Shown here piece after piece: positions 34,689 to 44,897 of a stretch of 64,000 nucleotides of DNA. The position numbers and the translations under genes were made by a program. A model generated the notes under the pieces. That model saw only the letters and a list, made by a program, of their open reading frames with translations, was not told the origin of the DNA and searched no databases. Positions within the stretch are counted from its first letter, which is position 1, and the number at the start of each line of letters is the position of its first letter. This DNA comes from Elusimicrobiota bacterium (GTDB lineage: Bacteria > Elusimicrobiota > Elusimicrobia > FEN-1173): the NCBI GenBank assembly GCA_016722575.1, contig JADKIY010000007.1, positions 5,276 to 69,275 of the forward strand, given 5' to 3'.

Positions 34689-36491
34689 GCCCCGGGTTTC
34701 CCTTCCACGCGGGGTTTGGCCGCGGCGGCGGGGACGGATTCCGCCGGGTCGGCCTTTCGGATTTTGCCGGGAAATTTATCCAAAACTTTTTTGAGCCCCG
34801 CGTCCAGGGCGCCCAGGGCCCGGGGGTCCTGCTCTTCGCCTTCCGAGGCGGGGCTCTCGACGGGAGGGGGAGCGTCGGCTTCCTCGTCCACGACTTCCTC
34901 CGCTTCCTCGACCACCGGCGCCGGTGGGGGGCGCGGGGCGGCCGGCGCGGGGGGCGGCGCGGCGGCGACCGTCAAAGTGATGATCACCGGACGGCCGGCG
35001 TGGGCGCGCAGGAGGTCCGACCAGAAGGCCTGTTGGTTCACGATCTGTTGTTTCTGGAATTCCTGGGCGCAGGCCAGTTCCAGGCCGCCGCTGGTATCGA
35101 ACCGCGGCCGGGCGCTGGAGAGAAAAGGAGCGAGCGAGGGCTTTTTGATTTCGATGTCGGCCAGGGTTTTGACCCAGGCGGCCCGAAGGCCGTCGGGCCC
35201 GACGGCGGGGGCGACCGGGGCGGGCGCCGGTGTCTCGGCCACGCGGAGAACCGGGGACGCGGCGGTCGGCGCAAAGCCCACACGGGGGGACGCCGCCGGC
35301 GTTGAAACGGTGGGCGCCGCCGGAGGCGCCGGGGCGCGAAAGGCCGCGGGGGGCGGCGCCCCGGCCGACAGTCGCTTTTCCAAATCTTCCAAACGCTCGA
35401 TCAGTTCGTCCACGGGCGTGAGCCCCTGGGAAAGTTCCAGGCAGGCCAATTCGAAGGCGACCCGGGGGGATTCGCTTCGACGCAAATCCGAGGCGGCGCG
35501 GGCGGCGACGCCCAGGTCGCGCTCCAGCCGTTCCACCGTGTAAGCGGCCGCGTCGACTTCCAGGTCCCGGGCGTCGGCGGCCCGGGGGTCCCGCACGCCG
35601 GCTTTCCACAAGAGAAGCCGGTGGAAATGGTCCACCAGGGCCTCGGTCAGCTGGCCCAAATCGAACCCGTCGGCGACGGCGCGGTCGATGGCCTGAAGGG
35701 TTTTGACGGGGGATTCCTCCCGCAGGGTCGCCGTGAACCCCCGCACGAGCTCCCGGGGCAGAAGCCCCAGCAGTTTTCGAACGTCCTCGGCCGTGGCGCC
35801 CTGGGGGGCGTAGGCGATCACCTGGTCCATGAGCGACAGCGCGTCCCGAAGGGAGCCGTGGGCCGCCCGGGCCACTTCGTCCAGGGCCGCGTCCTCGATC
35901 ACCAGGCCGTCGGCGGAAATGATTTTCCGCAGCTGGTCGGCGATGTCCGTCGGGGAAATGGCCCGCAGTTGGAAGCGCTGGCACCGGGACAAAATGGTTT
36001 CGGGGATTTTCAGGCTCCGTCGTGGCCATCATGAAGACCACGTGGGGAGGCGGCTCCTCCAGGGTTTTGAGGAGGGCGTTGAAGCCGTCTTTGGAAATCT
36101 GGTGGGCTTCGTCGATGATGATGACGCGGTAGCGGGAGCGGGCGGGGGCGTATTTGACGGTGTCCCGCAGTTCGCGGATTTGGTCGATGCCGCGGTTGGA
36201 GGCGCCGTCGATCTCCAGCACGTCGTCGGTGGAGGACCCGGCCGCGATCTCCCGGCACTGGGGGCACTCCCCGCAGGGCGTGGCCGTGGGGCCTTTCACG
36301 CAGTTCAGGGCCTTGGCCAGGATGCGGGCCGTCGTGGTCTTGCCGCAGCCCCGGGGGCCGGAAAAAATATAGGCGTGGGCCAGGCGCTGGCTTTTGAGCG
36401 CGTTGGTCAGCGTCTGGGTGACGTGTTCCTGGCCCACCAGCTCTTCAAAAAGCTGGGGCCGGAACTTGCGGGCAAGGACGAGATAGGGCAT
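34685..36491 (-). CDS. dnaX: DNA polymerase III subunit tau/gamma, one frameshift in a T4 run (A4 on the coding strand) at 36007-36010
   Basis: [33 protein letters not shown], a zinc module and IIDEAHQIS. Removing one A joins ...ATTEPE to [14 protein letters not shown]. The C-terminus is Pro/Ala-rich. Confidence 0.85.
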
Positions 36492-36588
36492 GGCGGGGCC
36501 TCGGAAAACGACGAAAAGGACTTTATCAATTTCCGTCGGAGCGGTCAATTGATGGGGCGGCCCGGGAGGATAGGGGGCGCCGTATCTA

Positions 36589-37089
36589 TTGAAAATCGGG
36601 GGGGGAGGGGGTAGCCTTAAACGGGGAGTCTCCGATGAAAAAAATGGATTCACGCTGATTGAGCTCATGCTGGTGGTGGCCATCATTGGCCTGCTGGCCG
36701 CCATCGCCTTGCCGAAGTTCGCGAACCTTGTGATCAAGGCGCGGGAAGCGACGGCCAAAGGACAAATGGGGGCAATACGAAGCGCCCTCTCGATTTATTA
36801 CGCGGACAACGAAGGCCTGTATCCCGATTTGATCACCCCCTCCTGCTTGAGCCAGGACGACAACCCTTCGGTCTTCGACGGAAAATACATCGACAAGGTT
36901 CCCGCGCTTCGGCATCCCACCAAGAGGGACGACGGTCATAATGGGAATTGCGTCCCGACATGGACGGGTTCCTTGGATGGCTACCACCCTTGGGTGTATT
37001 TGGTGGATGGCATGACTCATCCGGTGGGCGCCATCTTCCTCAATTGCGACCACACCGACACCCGGGGGATGACTTGGAGTTTTTATTGA
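36589..37089 (+). CDS. Type IV pilin-like protein, paralogue 4; the canonical ATG (36635) is one A out of frame
   Basis: ...NG, then [34 protein letters not shown] and C-terminal [20 protein letters not shown] precedes ATG 36635 by 7 nt. ATG+A7 here compares with ATG+A8 (MKKNG) in paralogue 2. The only in-frame start is TTG 36589. Confidence 0.7.
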   Translation: MKIGGGGGSLKRGVSDEKNGFTLIELMLVVAIIGLLAAIALPKFANLVIKAREATAKGQMGAIRSALSIYYADNEGLYPDLITPSCLSQDDNPSVFDGKYIDKVPALRHPTKRDDGHNGNCVPTWTGSLDGYHPWVYLVDGMTHPVGAIFLNCDHTDTRGMTWSFY

Positions 37090-37144
37090 TCCCAAGCCCG
37101 GACGGGCGGGGGGCGCATCGAGGGGGGCCGGCGAGAGTCCGGTT

Positions 37145-38649
37145 TCAAAGTTGAATTTGTCGGTCGATCGAGCCGCTCCCGTCGCTCCAAAAAACCTTGT
37201 CCGGAAGGGGGGGCAAGGGATTATCGAAAGCGCTTCCCGCGACGAGCCGAAGGGCGTTGACCGGCGTGATGGAATCGTGGAATTGCCTTCGAAGTTCGGG
37301 CGGCCCCGCCACCGCGAGGAGTATGCTGGTCCGCTCCTCCATCAACCGCGGGTCGGCGTCCCCCACCCGGCCGCGAAAACAGGACCCGTGGTCCGACACC
37401 AACAGGATCATCGGGGGAACTTTGGCGCGGGCGAATATTTCATCGATCGCCTCCAAAAGGCGGGAGTTCAGGAACCGCAATTGCTCAACGTAGCCCCCGG
37501 GTTCCTTCCAGGGGCCCATTAAATTGAAATCGTTGGCCCGCCGGGGATCCTTCCCTCGGGCATCGAAGAGATAGGGGGGGTGGGGAAGCACGATGTGGGC
37601 GACAACGCATTTGGGGCGTTCCGGCCGATCGGGCAGCGCTCGCAATTCCCGAAGATTCCGTTCCAAGGCGTGGCGCTGGTCGTTTCGGGCCATCAAAGGA
37701 AAAAGTCTCCCCAACACGGTGACATCGAGAAACGCCCGCTCGAATTCGCTCAGCCGCCACAGGGACCGGATTTCGACGTCGGAGAGGGGAAACGACGAGG
37801 TGATGAGCCACCCGGAGTCGAAAGAAAAAAGAGTGTATCCCGCTTGCCGGGCCAACCGTTGATATCGGTTGGCCCGAATGAGCGCCGGGGGGTCGGTCCG
37901 GGCGCCGGCGATTCCCCGGGTGTAGTCCAGATTGAGCATCGTCGCGATGGCGTCGGGGGTGACGGGGTAGTTGCTTCGGCTCCGGGCGGAGACCCAAAAC
38001 CCCCTTTTTTCAAGCTCGCGGAGGAAGGGCGCGTTGTCAAAGGAGAGGACGTCTTTCAGCGCCTCGGCGCCGCCGTAACCGTCGACGATGATCAGGTAGA
38101 CGTCCGGGGCGCCCGGCGCCGCCCGCCGCCGGGGGCCTTCGGCGGGGGCGGCGGCGACCCAGGGATTTCGACCCGCCGCGACGAGTCCAAGAAACGTGGT
38201 GGAGAAGAAAAGGGCCGCCGCGCCGATCGCCACCGCGTTGTTGAGTGGGCCCCACCAGCCTCGCGTCGGCGGGCGGGCGGCTCGAAGCAGGCCGAGGTAA
38301 GAGACCAGCAGGGTCAGGAGCGCTCCCAATTCCGCAACGGCGCCAAGGGGGAGTCGGGGAGGCGTCCGTCGAGAGCGCCGAAGGCCGCCCCTCCCCCGGC
38401 GAACACCAGAACGAAAAAGGACGCATGGACGGAGGCGATGGATCGGTCGGAGAAGAAGGTTCGGAACACCAACGAGGCCGCCCCCCCGAGGACGGCCATC
38501 GTCGCCAACGAACGGACGACGGCCCCGGGGGGGCATTCGGTCGCGTTTTGATGGTAGAGGCTGAGGACGGGCCAAAGGGCGAGCAGCAGGGGGGATAACC
38601 CCCCGGAACGGATTTCCGTCCAAATTCGGGAAAGAAATTTACCCGCCAT
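37145..38649 (-). CDS. Membrane-anchored sulfatase/alkaline-phosphatase-superfamily protein, one frameshift in a G5 run (C5 on the coding strand) at 38347-38351
   Basis: The N-terminal TM segments lie in ORF 38314-38649. The catalytic part has YLIIVDGYGG, HIVLPHPPY and LLVSDHGS. One extra C joins ...GRLPDSP to LGAVAELGALL. Confidence 0.65.
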
Positions 38650-38696
38650 GCGTTGAAAGGAGGCCGATTCTGCGCGCGTTTGTTGTTTTCCTGTGG

Positions 38697-38882
38697 GTGA
38701 CGTTGCTTTTGCCGCACAGCGCCCGGGCGTACATCGATGTCAACGCCGGGAGTTTGTTGACCCAGTTCGTGTTGGCCGGGCTGGGGGGCCTGGGAGCCCT
38801 GTTGAAAATTTTGTGGTCCCGTCGGCGACCCCGGGCCGGCGGCGGCGAGCCCAAAAAGCCCGCGCCCCCCGCCCCGCGGTGA
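38697..38882 (+). CDS. Small membrane protein with a YIDxNxGS N-terminal motif; start codon unresolved
   Basis: ...ARAYIDVNAGSLLTQFVLAGLGGLGALLKILWSRRR. AAGGAGG at 38657-38663 suggests a start upstream of GTG 38697, but only non-canonical codons (ATT 38667, CTG 38670) are in frame. Confidence 0.35.
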   Translation: MTLLLPHSARAYIDVNAGSLLTQFVLAGLGGLGALLKILWSRRRPRAGGGEPKKPAPPAPR

Positions 38883-38892
38883 TCCCGGGATT

Positions 38893-40299
38893 TCATCGGC
38901 CCCGGGGGTGGGCGAAAAACAACACCCGGGTTCCCGGTTCAAGCGTCGTTTCTTCCCGCACGTCGAAAGACTCCCCAAGGCATTTCCGGAAATTCACCAA
39001 GTCATAATCGGGCCGGCGATCCCCGACTTTTTTCCCCAGGAGATCCCGCACCCGGGGATCCTCGCGCGTGGCAAACTCAATGACGATCGGCGCCCCGAGG
39101 CCGCCCAACCATTCCACCCACTCCCGGAGGGGGACGTTCCGCGAAAGGACTAGGTGGTGGGTCAACGCCAGGCACAGAACGAGGTCCGGTGCCGATCGCT
39201 CTTCCAAGGTTCGTCGCTCGCTCCCCCGCCAGCCCTGGGCCGGGGAGGGGTCGGCCAGATCCTGGACGAGGGGAAGGACGTTTTCAACGCCCTCCCGGGC
39301 CAGCCGGCCGCGAAGGCCTTCCACGACGCCGGGATCGGCGTCGAGGGCCAAAACCCATTCGGCGGAGCGGGCCGCCTGAACGGTGAATTCACCATCGTTG
39401 CACCCCAAATCCCAAACCCGGCGGGTCCGTTGGCGGTCCAAGGCGCGCTCGACAAATCGCGCCTTCTCCCTCCGGCCCGATTCGGAATAACTTTCACTTC
39501 GACGGTAATCCGCCCAGGCGGCCCGCGGGGCGCCGGACCGAAGCCCCGCCACGATGCCCCGGAGGCGGGCGACGTTTTGGAGGACCCCGGATAGGGGAAC
39601 CGCCTTCTTCATTTCCTTCTGGAGGGCCGCGGGATCCAGGCGGTCGCTCCAGCCTTCCAAAAGAGACTGCACGACGACGTCCCTGAACACCCCGGCCTTG
39701 ACCCAATCCCGCCAGGGGAGAAGGCGGGCCATTTCCCGGGCTCGGAAACCTTCCAGGGCCCCCCGCATCCAGCGCTGGAAAGGAACGCCCCGGTAAGCCT
39801 CCAACAGGAGGGGATAAAGGAACAAACGGCAAAAATCCCCGTACCCCGGCCAACCCGTGGCGTCGCCCCGGGGTTCAAAGGAAGGCACATCGATGAAGAC
39901 GGGGCGAAGTCCGCGAAACTGAACGTTGTAGGGGGTCGCGTCCCGAAGGTCAAACCCGTGCTGGAGCGCCTCGGCCAGCAAATCCAGAAAAAAAACGGCC
40001 GCCTCTTGAAGCGCACCGAAGCTCCATTCGTAGGGGTACGACACCATCGGAAGCGGTTCGTGCTCCAAAACGCCGGCCCAATCGCCCGGAGGCAGAGCGA
40101 GATCGGTCCGGCCGTCGGCCAGGGGGCGGGTTTCGATTAGACGCTTTGATTCCGAGAGTCGAGCGAAAAGTTCCGATCCGCTGAATTGACGCCAGGCCGA
40201 CCACCCCTCGGCCGACAAGGCCCGAAAAACACGCCCGTCTTGAAAAAAAACGCGACCCCGGGGGTCCCGAAAGGAACCGGGATCGGAGGTCATCGCCAA
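38893..40299 (-). CDS. Class I SAM-dependent methyltransferase with a large N-terminal domain
   Basis: VWDLGCNDGEFTV (motif I), LALDADP and LCLALTHHL. The N-terminus begins SFRDPRGRVFFQDGRVFR. Confidence 0.65.
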   Translation of the reverse strand: MAMTSDPGSFRDPRGRVFFQDGRVFRALSAEGWSAWRQFSGSELFARLSESKRLIETRPLADGRTDLALPPGDWAGVLEHEPLPMVSYPYEWSFGALQEAAVFFLDLLAEALQHGFDLRDATPYNVQFRGLRPVFIDVPSFEPRGDATGWPGYGDFCRLFLYPLLLEAYRGVPFQRWMRGALEGFRAREMARLLPWRDWVKAGVFRDVVVQSLLEGWSDRLDPAALQKEMKKAVPLSGVLQNVARLRGIVAGLRSGAPRAAWADYRRSESYSESGRREKARFVERALDRQRTRRVWDLGCNDGEFTVQAARSAEWVLALDADPGVVEGLRGRLAREGVENVLPLVQDLADPSPAQGWRGSERRTLEERSAPDLVLCLALTHHLVLSRNVPLREWVEWLGGLGAPIVIEFATREDPRVRDLLGKKVGDRRPDYDLVNFRKCLGESFDVREETTLEPGTRVLFFAHPRGR

Positions 40300-40303
40300 T
40301 GCC

Positions 40304-40753
40304 TCAAGGCGCTTCCGCGCCGTTTTGAAAGGAAAAGGGCAGGGCGTCTTTAAAGGCGGGAAGGCGGCGGAGGGCGGCGACCAGGGCGTCCACGTCCCGG
40401 AGGGTCCGGCGCCGCTGGGGATCGGGGAGGCGGATTTCCAGAACGTCCTGACCTTCGACCATGCCGACGATGGCGGCGTTCATGGATTTAAGCGCGGCGT
40501 TCGCCTGGCCGACCGTGGCCCGGGGCTTGAGGACCACGATGAAATGGGTGGTGGAGACGAAGGGGCGGCCCTTTTCGTCGAAAAGAATCTCGGTGTCGGG
40601 GACGCCGGGGGAGGTGCGATCCACCACGGCGGCGAGGGCCTGGGCGGACGCCGGGCCCTCCAACAACACCCCGGGGGGGGCTTCGCCCAAAGCCGGCAGG
40701 CCGGCCAACATTAGCGCCGCCCAAAGAACGGTCGCCGGCCGGGACGGGTTCAT
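40304..40753 (-). CDS. Secreted hypothetical protein
   Basis: The start [23 protein letters not shown] is signal-peptide-like and overlaps the upstream stop as ATGA. I recognise no motifs. Confidence 0.5.
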   Translation of the reverse strand: MNPSRPATVLWAALMLAGLPALGEAPPGVLLEGPASAQALAAVVDRTSPGVPDTEILFDEKGRPFVSTTHFIVVLKPRATVGQANAALKSMNAAIVGMVEGQDVLEIRLPDPQRRRTLRDVDALVAALRRLPAFKDALPFSFQNGAEAP

Positions 40754-41265
40754 CCCTTGATCGGGGCGGGCGGTTCCACGCGCGTCATGCCCCCGGGCAG
40801 TCGCGCGGCGATGCGGTTGTACTGCTCGGCGAATTTCGGATCGGGGTGGGACCAGGCGTCGATGTAGCACACCCGGCGGATTTTGGCCTGGAGCATTTCC
40901 TTAAGGCAGCCGAAGCAGGGCTGGAGCGTGGTGTAAGCCGTGCCGCCCGCGACCGCGATGCCGAAACGCGCGGCGGCCAAGAGCGCGTTTTGCTCCGCGT
41001 GGACGCAGATGCAGAGGTCGTAGCCCGTGCCCTTGGGGTATTTGTCGCGGTTCAGGCACCGTTCGCAGCCGCCGTCGGTGCAGTTGGGCATGCCTTCGGC
41101 GGTGCCGTTGTAGCCCGTGGAGACGATGCGGCGGTCCACCACGACGATGGCGCCGACCCGGCTTCCGCGGCAATCGGCCCGGCGGCAGACGGCCTGGGCG
41201 ATGCCCATGAAGTAAGAGTCGAAATCCGGCCGGGAAAAACCGGGGGTCTTAATTTTTTTTGTCAT
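40750..41265 (-). CDS. dCMP deaminase (ComEB/CDA zinc-deaminase family)
   Basis: VHAEQNAL and PCFGCLKEM zinc-binding motifs, and GYNG. Confidence 0.85.
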   Translation of the reverse strand: MTKKIKTPGFSRPDFDSYFMGIAQAVCRRADCRGSRVGAIVVVDRRIVSTGYNGTAEGMPNCTDGGCERCLNRDKYPKGTGYDLCICVHAEQNALLAAARFGIAVAGGTAYTTLQPCFGCLKEMLQAKIRRVCYIDAWSHPDPKFAEQYNRIAARLPGGMTRVEPPAPIKG

Positions 41266-41740
41266 GTTTTTTGAAGGCCAAGGAGGCGGAGTTGATGCAG
41301 TAGCGGAGGCCGGTGGGTTTCGGGCCGTCCGGGAAAAGGTGCCCCAGATGGGCGCCGCAACGGGCGCAATGAACCTCGGTGCGGGTCATTCCAAAAGATT
41401 CGTCGCTGTCGGTTTCAACGTGGAGGTCCTCGGCCGGACGCCAAAAGCTGGGCCAGCCGGTGCCGGAGTCGAATTTCGTTTCCGAGGAAAAAAGTGTCAG
41501 GCCGCAGGCGCCGCAGACGTATTCGCCCGTCTCGTGGTTGTTCCAATATTTGTTTTGAAAGGCCGGCTCCGTGCCCTTCTCCCGCATGACGTGGTAGGCC
41601 TCGGGGGGGAGGGCTTTCTTCCATTCGGCGTCGGTCTTGGCGATTTTTTGGTCCAGGGGAAACCTCTTTTCCGCGGCGAAGCCGACGGCCGTCCACAGGG
41701 CGACGGCCAGCAGGGCGGCTGGCCTTACTCGAAGGAGCAT
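41249..41740 (-). CDS. msrB: Peptide-methionine (R)-S-oxide reductase with a signal peptide
   Basis: [36 protein letters not shown] and RYCINS. Confidence 0.9.
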   Translation of the reverse strand: MLLRVRPAALLAVALWTAVGFAAEKRFPLDQKIAKTDAEWKKALPPEAYHVMREKGTEPAFQNKYWNNHETGEYVCGACGLTLFSSETKFDSGTGWPSFWRPAEDLHVETDSDESFGMTRTEVHCARCGAHLGHLFPDGPKPTGLRYCINSASLAFKKHDKKN

Positions 41741-42048
41741 AGATATTCGGCGAGCCCCTTGTCCACCGCGATCTCAAAGGAGGATTTGCCCGGCACCTTG
41801 AAAAACGTGCCCGCGGCGTAGTTGGTCCAAGCGGCGGCCCCGGCAATTTTGACCCGGCAGACGCCGCCCGTGATGTCCATGCGCTCGGGGGCGTCGGTGT
41901 TGAAGGTGTAGCTCCCGGGGTAAATGAGGCCCGCGGTTTTCTTGGACCCGTCCTTCAACAAGAGCGTGTGGCTGACGACTTTTCCGTCGAAGTAGACGTT
42001 CGCTTTGGGTTTGACGCTGACGTTGTCGAATTGCTCGGGGACGCTCAT
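41725..42048 (-). CDS. ppnP: Pyrimidine/purine nucleoside phosphorylase PpnP (DUF1255)
   Basis: [22 protein letters not shown] and [13 protein letters not shown]. The size (107 aa) fits. Confidence 0.8.
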   Translation of the reverse strand: MSVPEQFDNVSVKPKANVYFDGKVVSHTLLLKDGSKKTAGLIYPGSYTFNTDAPERMDITGGVCRVKIAGAAAWTNYAAGTFFKVPGKSSFEIAVDKGLAEYLCSFE

Positions 42049-43907
42049 GGCCGCCTTTTCTTGAAGAGGGATTTGATGTTTTTGAGATCGGGAGACGCGC
42101 CCGGGCCGGCGGCGCCGCGGATGGAATTTTCCAGTCGGTCTTTGATGGCGTCCAGGGACTTTTCCTGCCCGCCCAGCTTTTCCCCGATGGGTTTCAGCCG
42201 TCCGTCCAGAAGGCCCGCCAGTTGGGAGCGGTCGCCGTCCACCAGGCCGCTCACCCGGGATTTGAGTTTTCCTTCCAGGGCGTCCATTTCGCCTTTGGCG
42301 GCGTTTTTCAGGATGCCGTTCAGCTCCTTGTCCAGGGTGGAGGATATCTTGATGCGGGGTTGGGTCGCCGTTCCCGAGACTTCGAACGTCACGCGGGTGT
42401 GGGTCACCCCCGCCAGGGCGTTCTTGAGCGCCCGGGCCACGGCGTCCTTGTCCGGAGACTCGCCGATTTTAAGGCGAAGGCCCGAGAGGTCCAGGTCGAT
42501 GGTCCCGTCGATGTTTTCCCCGGCGCTTTTAAGGCGCGCGGTCAGGCGGCCCACCCCTCGGTCCACGGTCACGGGTCCGCCGACGTTCCCCAGGGCGACG
42601 CCGGCCAAGGAAAGGCCGTTAAAGGCCAAAGCGGCCGTTCCTCGTGCGGGGTGGGGCGCCAGGTCTAACGAGGCGTCCAATTGAAGAGCCTGGGTCGCGG
42701 ATTTGCCCGCCAAGTTCAGCGTGATGGGGCGGCCCAGGCCTTCGGGATCGGAGGAAACATCCTTCAGGGCGCCGTCGTAGTGGATCCCTTCGGCCGTTTC
42801 CATCCTCGCCAGGTCCCGGTCCGCCACGTGGAGGGTCGATCCGCTCACGTCGGCGGTTTTCAAAAGGAACGTCGGCCAGCGGTAATGGAAGGGAAAAGCG
42901 ATGTCCTGGCCCCGGGGCGCCGGGGCGGGGGCGTTCGCCGTTTTTGTTTTCTTATCGCCGGCGCCGCGAAGTTTTTGAATCTTGTGGAACCACCCCAGGG
43001 CCGTTTGAATTTTGCCCATCCAGACGGGCCCCACCAACGCCCGGGTCACGCCGTCGGCGGAAAACCCGGAGCGGACCAGGGCCAGGCGGCGGTCGATGTC
43101 TTCTTTTTTAAGCCGTTCGATGTCCGCCAGGGCGACTTTGCCCGCGGCCGCCTCCCGGTCGAAGGCCGACCGAGCTTCCCGGAGAGAGTTTTGGAATTTC
43201 TCCACATCGGCCCGGAGGCTTTTGCCCTCGTCCAACAAATCCTTGGCTTTCTTGACCCCTTCCACGCCGGAAAACTTTTCGTTCTTCACTTTGTCGGAAT
43301 AGGTCCGCACCCGGTCGGCCAGGGCCGCGCTGTCCAGGGCCCGCCAGCGGTCGGGCCATTCGTCCTTGGCCTTGGCCAGGCGGTCCTTTTCCTCCTGGAT
43401 CCGCTTATAGGAGGCGAGGCTGTCCAGGGTGACCCATTTGTCGGGATCGTATTGGTCTTTGATATTCCCCAGGGCGAAGCCCCCGGCGTTCCGGGCGGCT
43501 TCGGCCACGGCGGAGGGGGACTCTTTTTCGGCGCCTCCGGCGGGCGCTCCGGGCAGGGCCCCCGACCGGCTTCGGGGCGTGCCGGTTCGAACGCCCAATA
43601 TTTGGGCGCTGTCGACGACGCATTTCTTCCAGAAGAGCGGTTTGGGGGCCAGCTTGAAGCGCAGGGTTTCAATTTGGACCGCGTTGGTCAGGGGGTTGTT
43701 GGCGTCGGTCACCCGGAGGTCCGACAAGGCGAGGGTGAGGCCCCAAAACCGGGTCGACACGCCGCCCAATTCCACCCGGGCGCCGTTGGCGGCGGTGCCG
43801 GCCTTCTCGAGACCCAAGCGAAGGCCCCGGTCCAAAAAGAAGTGGGTCCCGGCCCAAATTAGAGCCAGGGGGACGAGGATTATCAATAGCCGTTTCCAGC
43901 GAATCAC
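42045..43907 (-). CDS. TIGR03545-like large membrane-anchored protein of unknown function
   Basis: The N-terminus IRWKRLLIILVPLALIW...LGLEKAGTAANGARVELGGV resembles TIGR03545 as I recall it. It is paired with the small DUF2062-like gene upstream. I prefer GTG 43907 (GTGA overlap) to the track start at 43967. Confidence 0.55.
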   Translation of the reverse strand: MIRWKRLLIILVPLALIWAGTHFFLDRGLRLGLEKAGTAANGARVELGGVSTRFWGLTLALSDLRVTDANNPLTNAVQIETLRFKLAPKPLFWKKCVVDSAQILGVRTGTPRSRSGALPGAPAGGAEKESPSAVAEAARNAGGFALGNIKDQYDPDKWVTLDSLASYKRIQEEKDRLAKAKDEWPDRWRALDSAALADRVRTYSDKVKNEKFSGVEGVKKAKDLLDEGKSLRADVEKFQNSLREARSAFDREAAAGKVALADIERLKKEDIDRRLALVRSGFSADGVTRALVGPVWMGKIQTALGWFHKIQKLRGAGDKKTKTANAPAPAPRGQDIAFPFHYRWPTFLLKTADVSGSTLHVADRDLARMETAEGIHYDGALKDVSSDPEGLGRPITLNLAGKSATQALQLDASLDLAPHPARGTAALAFNGLSLAGVALGNVGGPVTVDRGVGRLTARLKSAGENIDGTIDLDLSGLRLKIGESPDKDAVARALKNALAGVTHTRVTFEVSGTATQPRIKISSTLDKELNGILKNAAKGEMDALEGKLKSRVSGLVDGDRSQLAGLLDGRLKPIGEKLGGQEKSLDAIKDRLENSIRGAAGPGASPDLKNIKSLFKKRRP

Positions 43908-44416
43908 GAGAATTTCTCGATCAGGGCGTAGTATTTGGAGGCTTTGATGAGTTGGAAAATCTTCCACTGCCGGGCCTTGGCCAGGACGACGTCCCGGTAG
44001 CGAACAACGCCCCGCTCGGACAAAAGGAAGATGGGAACAAAGAGAGCCAGAGCGACCACCAGGCTTCCCAGGGTGAGGGTGTTGTTGAATTTGGTCCAGG
44101 GCAGGACCGGGGTGTTGTAAAGGGTTTCCCAGAATCCCGCGAGGGCACGGACATCGACCAATAGGAAGCGGCCGACGGCATTGAAGAGGGGCGCCAGCAG
44201 GAGGGCGGGGAGGGATAGGACCGCCGCCGCAAAGAGGGCCGCGCTCTTGTTCACGGGCAAAAGGAATATCAGGAAAAGGATCAGGGCGTTGTGAAGGCTC
44301 CCGGTGGGGGTCAGGCCGATCACGGCTCCCAAGGCCGCGCCCCCGGCGATGGCCCGGGGAGAGGCCTTTTCGTTCAGGACTTGAATAAAGTTGATGAGAA
44401 GTTTCAGCAGAATCAT
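43904..44416 (-). CDS. DUF2062/TIGR03546-like small membrane protein
   Basis: PRAIAGGAALGAVIGLTP and 3-4 TM helices. It is adjacent to the TIGR03545-like gene. Confidence 0.5.
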   Translation of the reverse strand: MILLKLLINFIQVLNEKASPRAIAGGAALGAVIGLTPTGSLHNALILFLIFLLPVNKSAALFAAAVLSLPALLLAPLFNAVGRFLLVDVRALAGFWETLYNTPVLPWTKFNNTLTLGSLVVALALFVPIFLLSERGVVRYRDVVLAKARQWKIFQLIKASKYYALIEKFS

Positions 44417-44480
44417 AGGGGGATTTTAGGTTACCGGGCGGCGGATCGTCAAATGAACGGCGGCGCGGACGGGCAGGGGG

Positions 44481-44897
44481 TCAGGCGGCGGGCCGTTGGC
44501 TTTGTTCGGCGAGGCGATGGGCGTTCAGATGATACGAAGCCACGGAGACGGTTCCCGAGAGCATAAAGTTTCCCAGGGCGGAAAGCCCCAGGGGGGAGGG
44601 ACCGACGCCCTGTCCGATCGCTTCGATGGACACCGAAAGGATCGGCATCATAACCCCCAGGACCAATATGAAAATGTTGGCGGAGGACTCCACCATTCCG
44701 ATCACCGCCGACGACCGGGGCCAGCGGTACATCACGACGGCCGCGGCGGTGCAGAGCGAGTAATAAAGAGTCCGCGCCCAAGGGGCGCCGATGAAGGGCC
44801 CCACCCGCAAGGGAACGTGAAAAAGAAGGTCCGCGACGCCGAACAGCGGTGTGGCGGCGTAGTAGCGGCGAAGCCAGTCGATGGAACGGGGAGTCAT
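44481..44897 (-). CDS. Hypothetical multi-pass membrane protein
   Basis: Four hydrophobic segments. ATG 44897 forms an ATGA overlap with the stop of the upstream gene. Confidence 0.5.
   Translation of the reverse strand: MTPRSIDWLRRYYAATPLFGVADLLFHVPLRVGPFIGAPWARTLYYSLCTAAAVVMYRWPRSSAVIGMVESSANIFILVLGVMMPILSVSIEAIGQGVGPSPLGLSALGNFMLSGTVSVASYHLNAHRLAEQSQRPAA

Noticed and set aside
36007-36010. The dnaX frameshift as the known programmed tau/gamma -1 ribosomal frameshift.
   Set aside because: The programmed site lies after domain III at an A AAA AAG-type heptamer. This break is inside the AAA+ core, just before the TILSRCQRF sensor region, where a truncated product would be non-functional. 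It fits the window-wide homopolymer-indel pattern.
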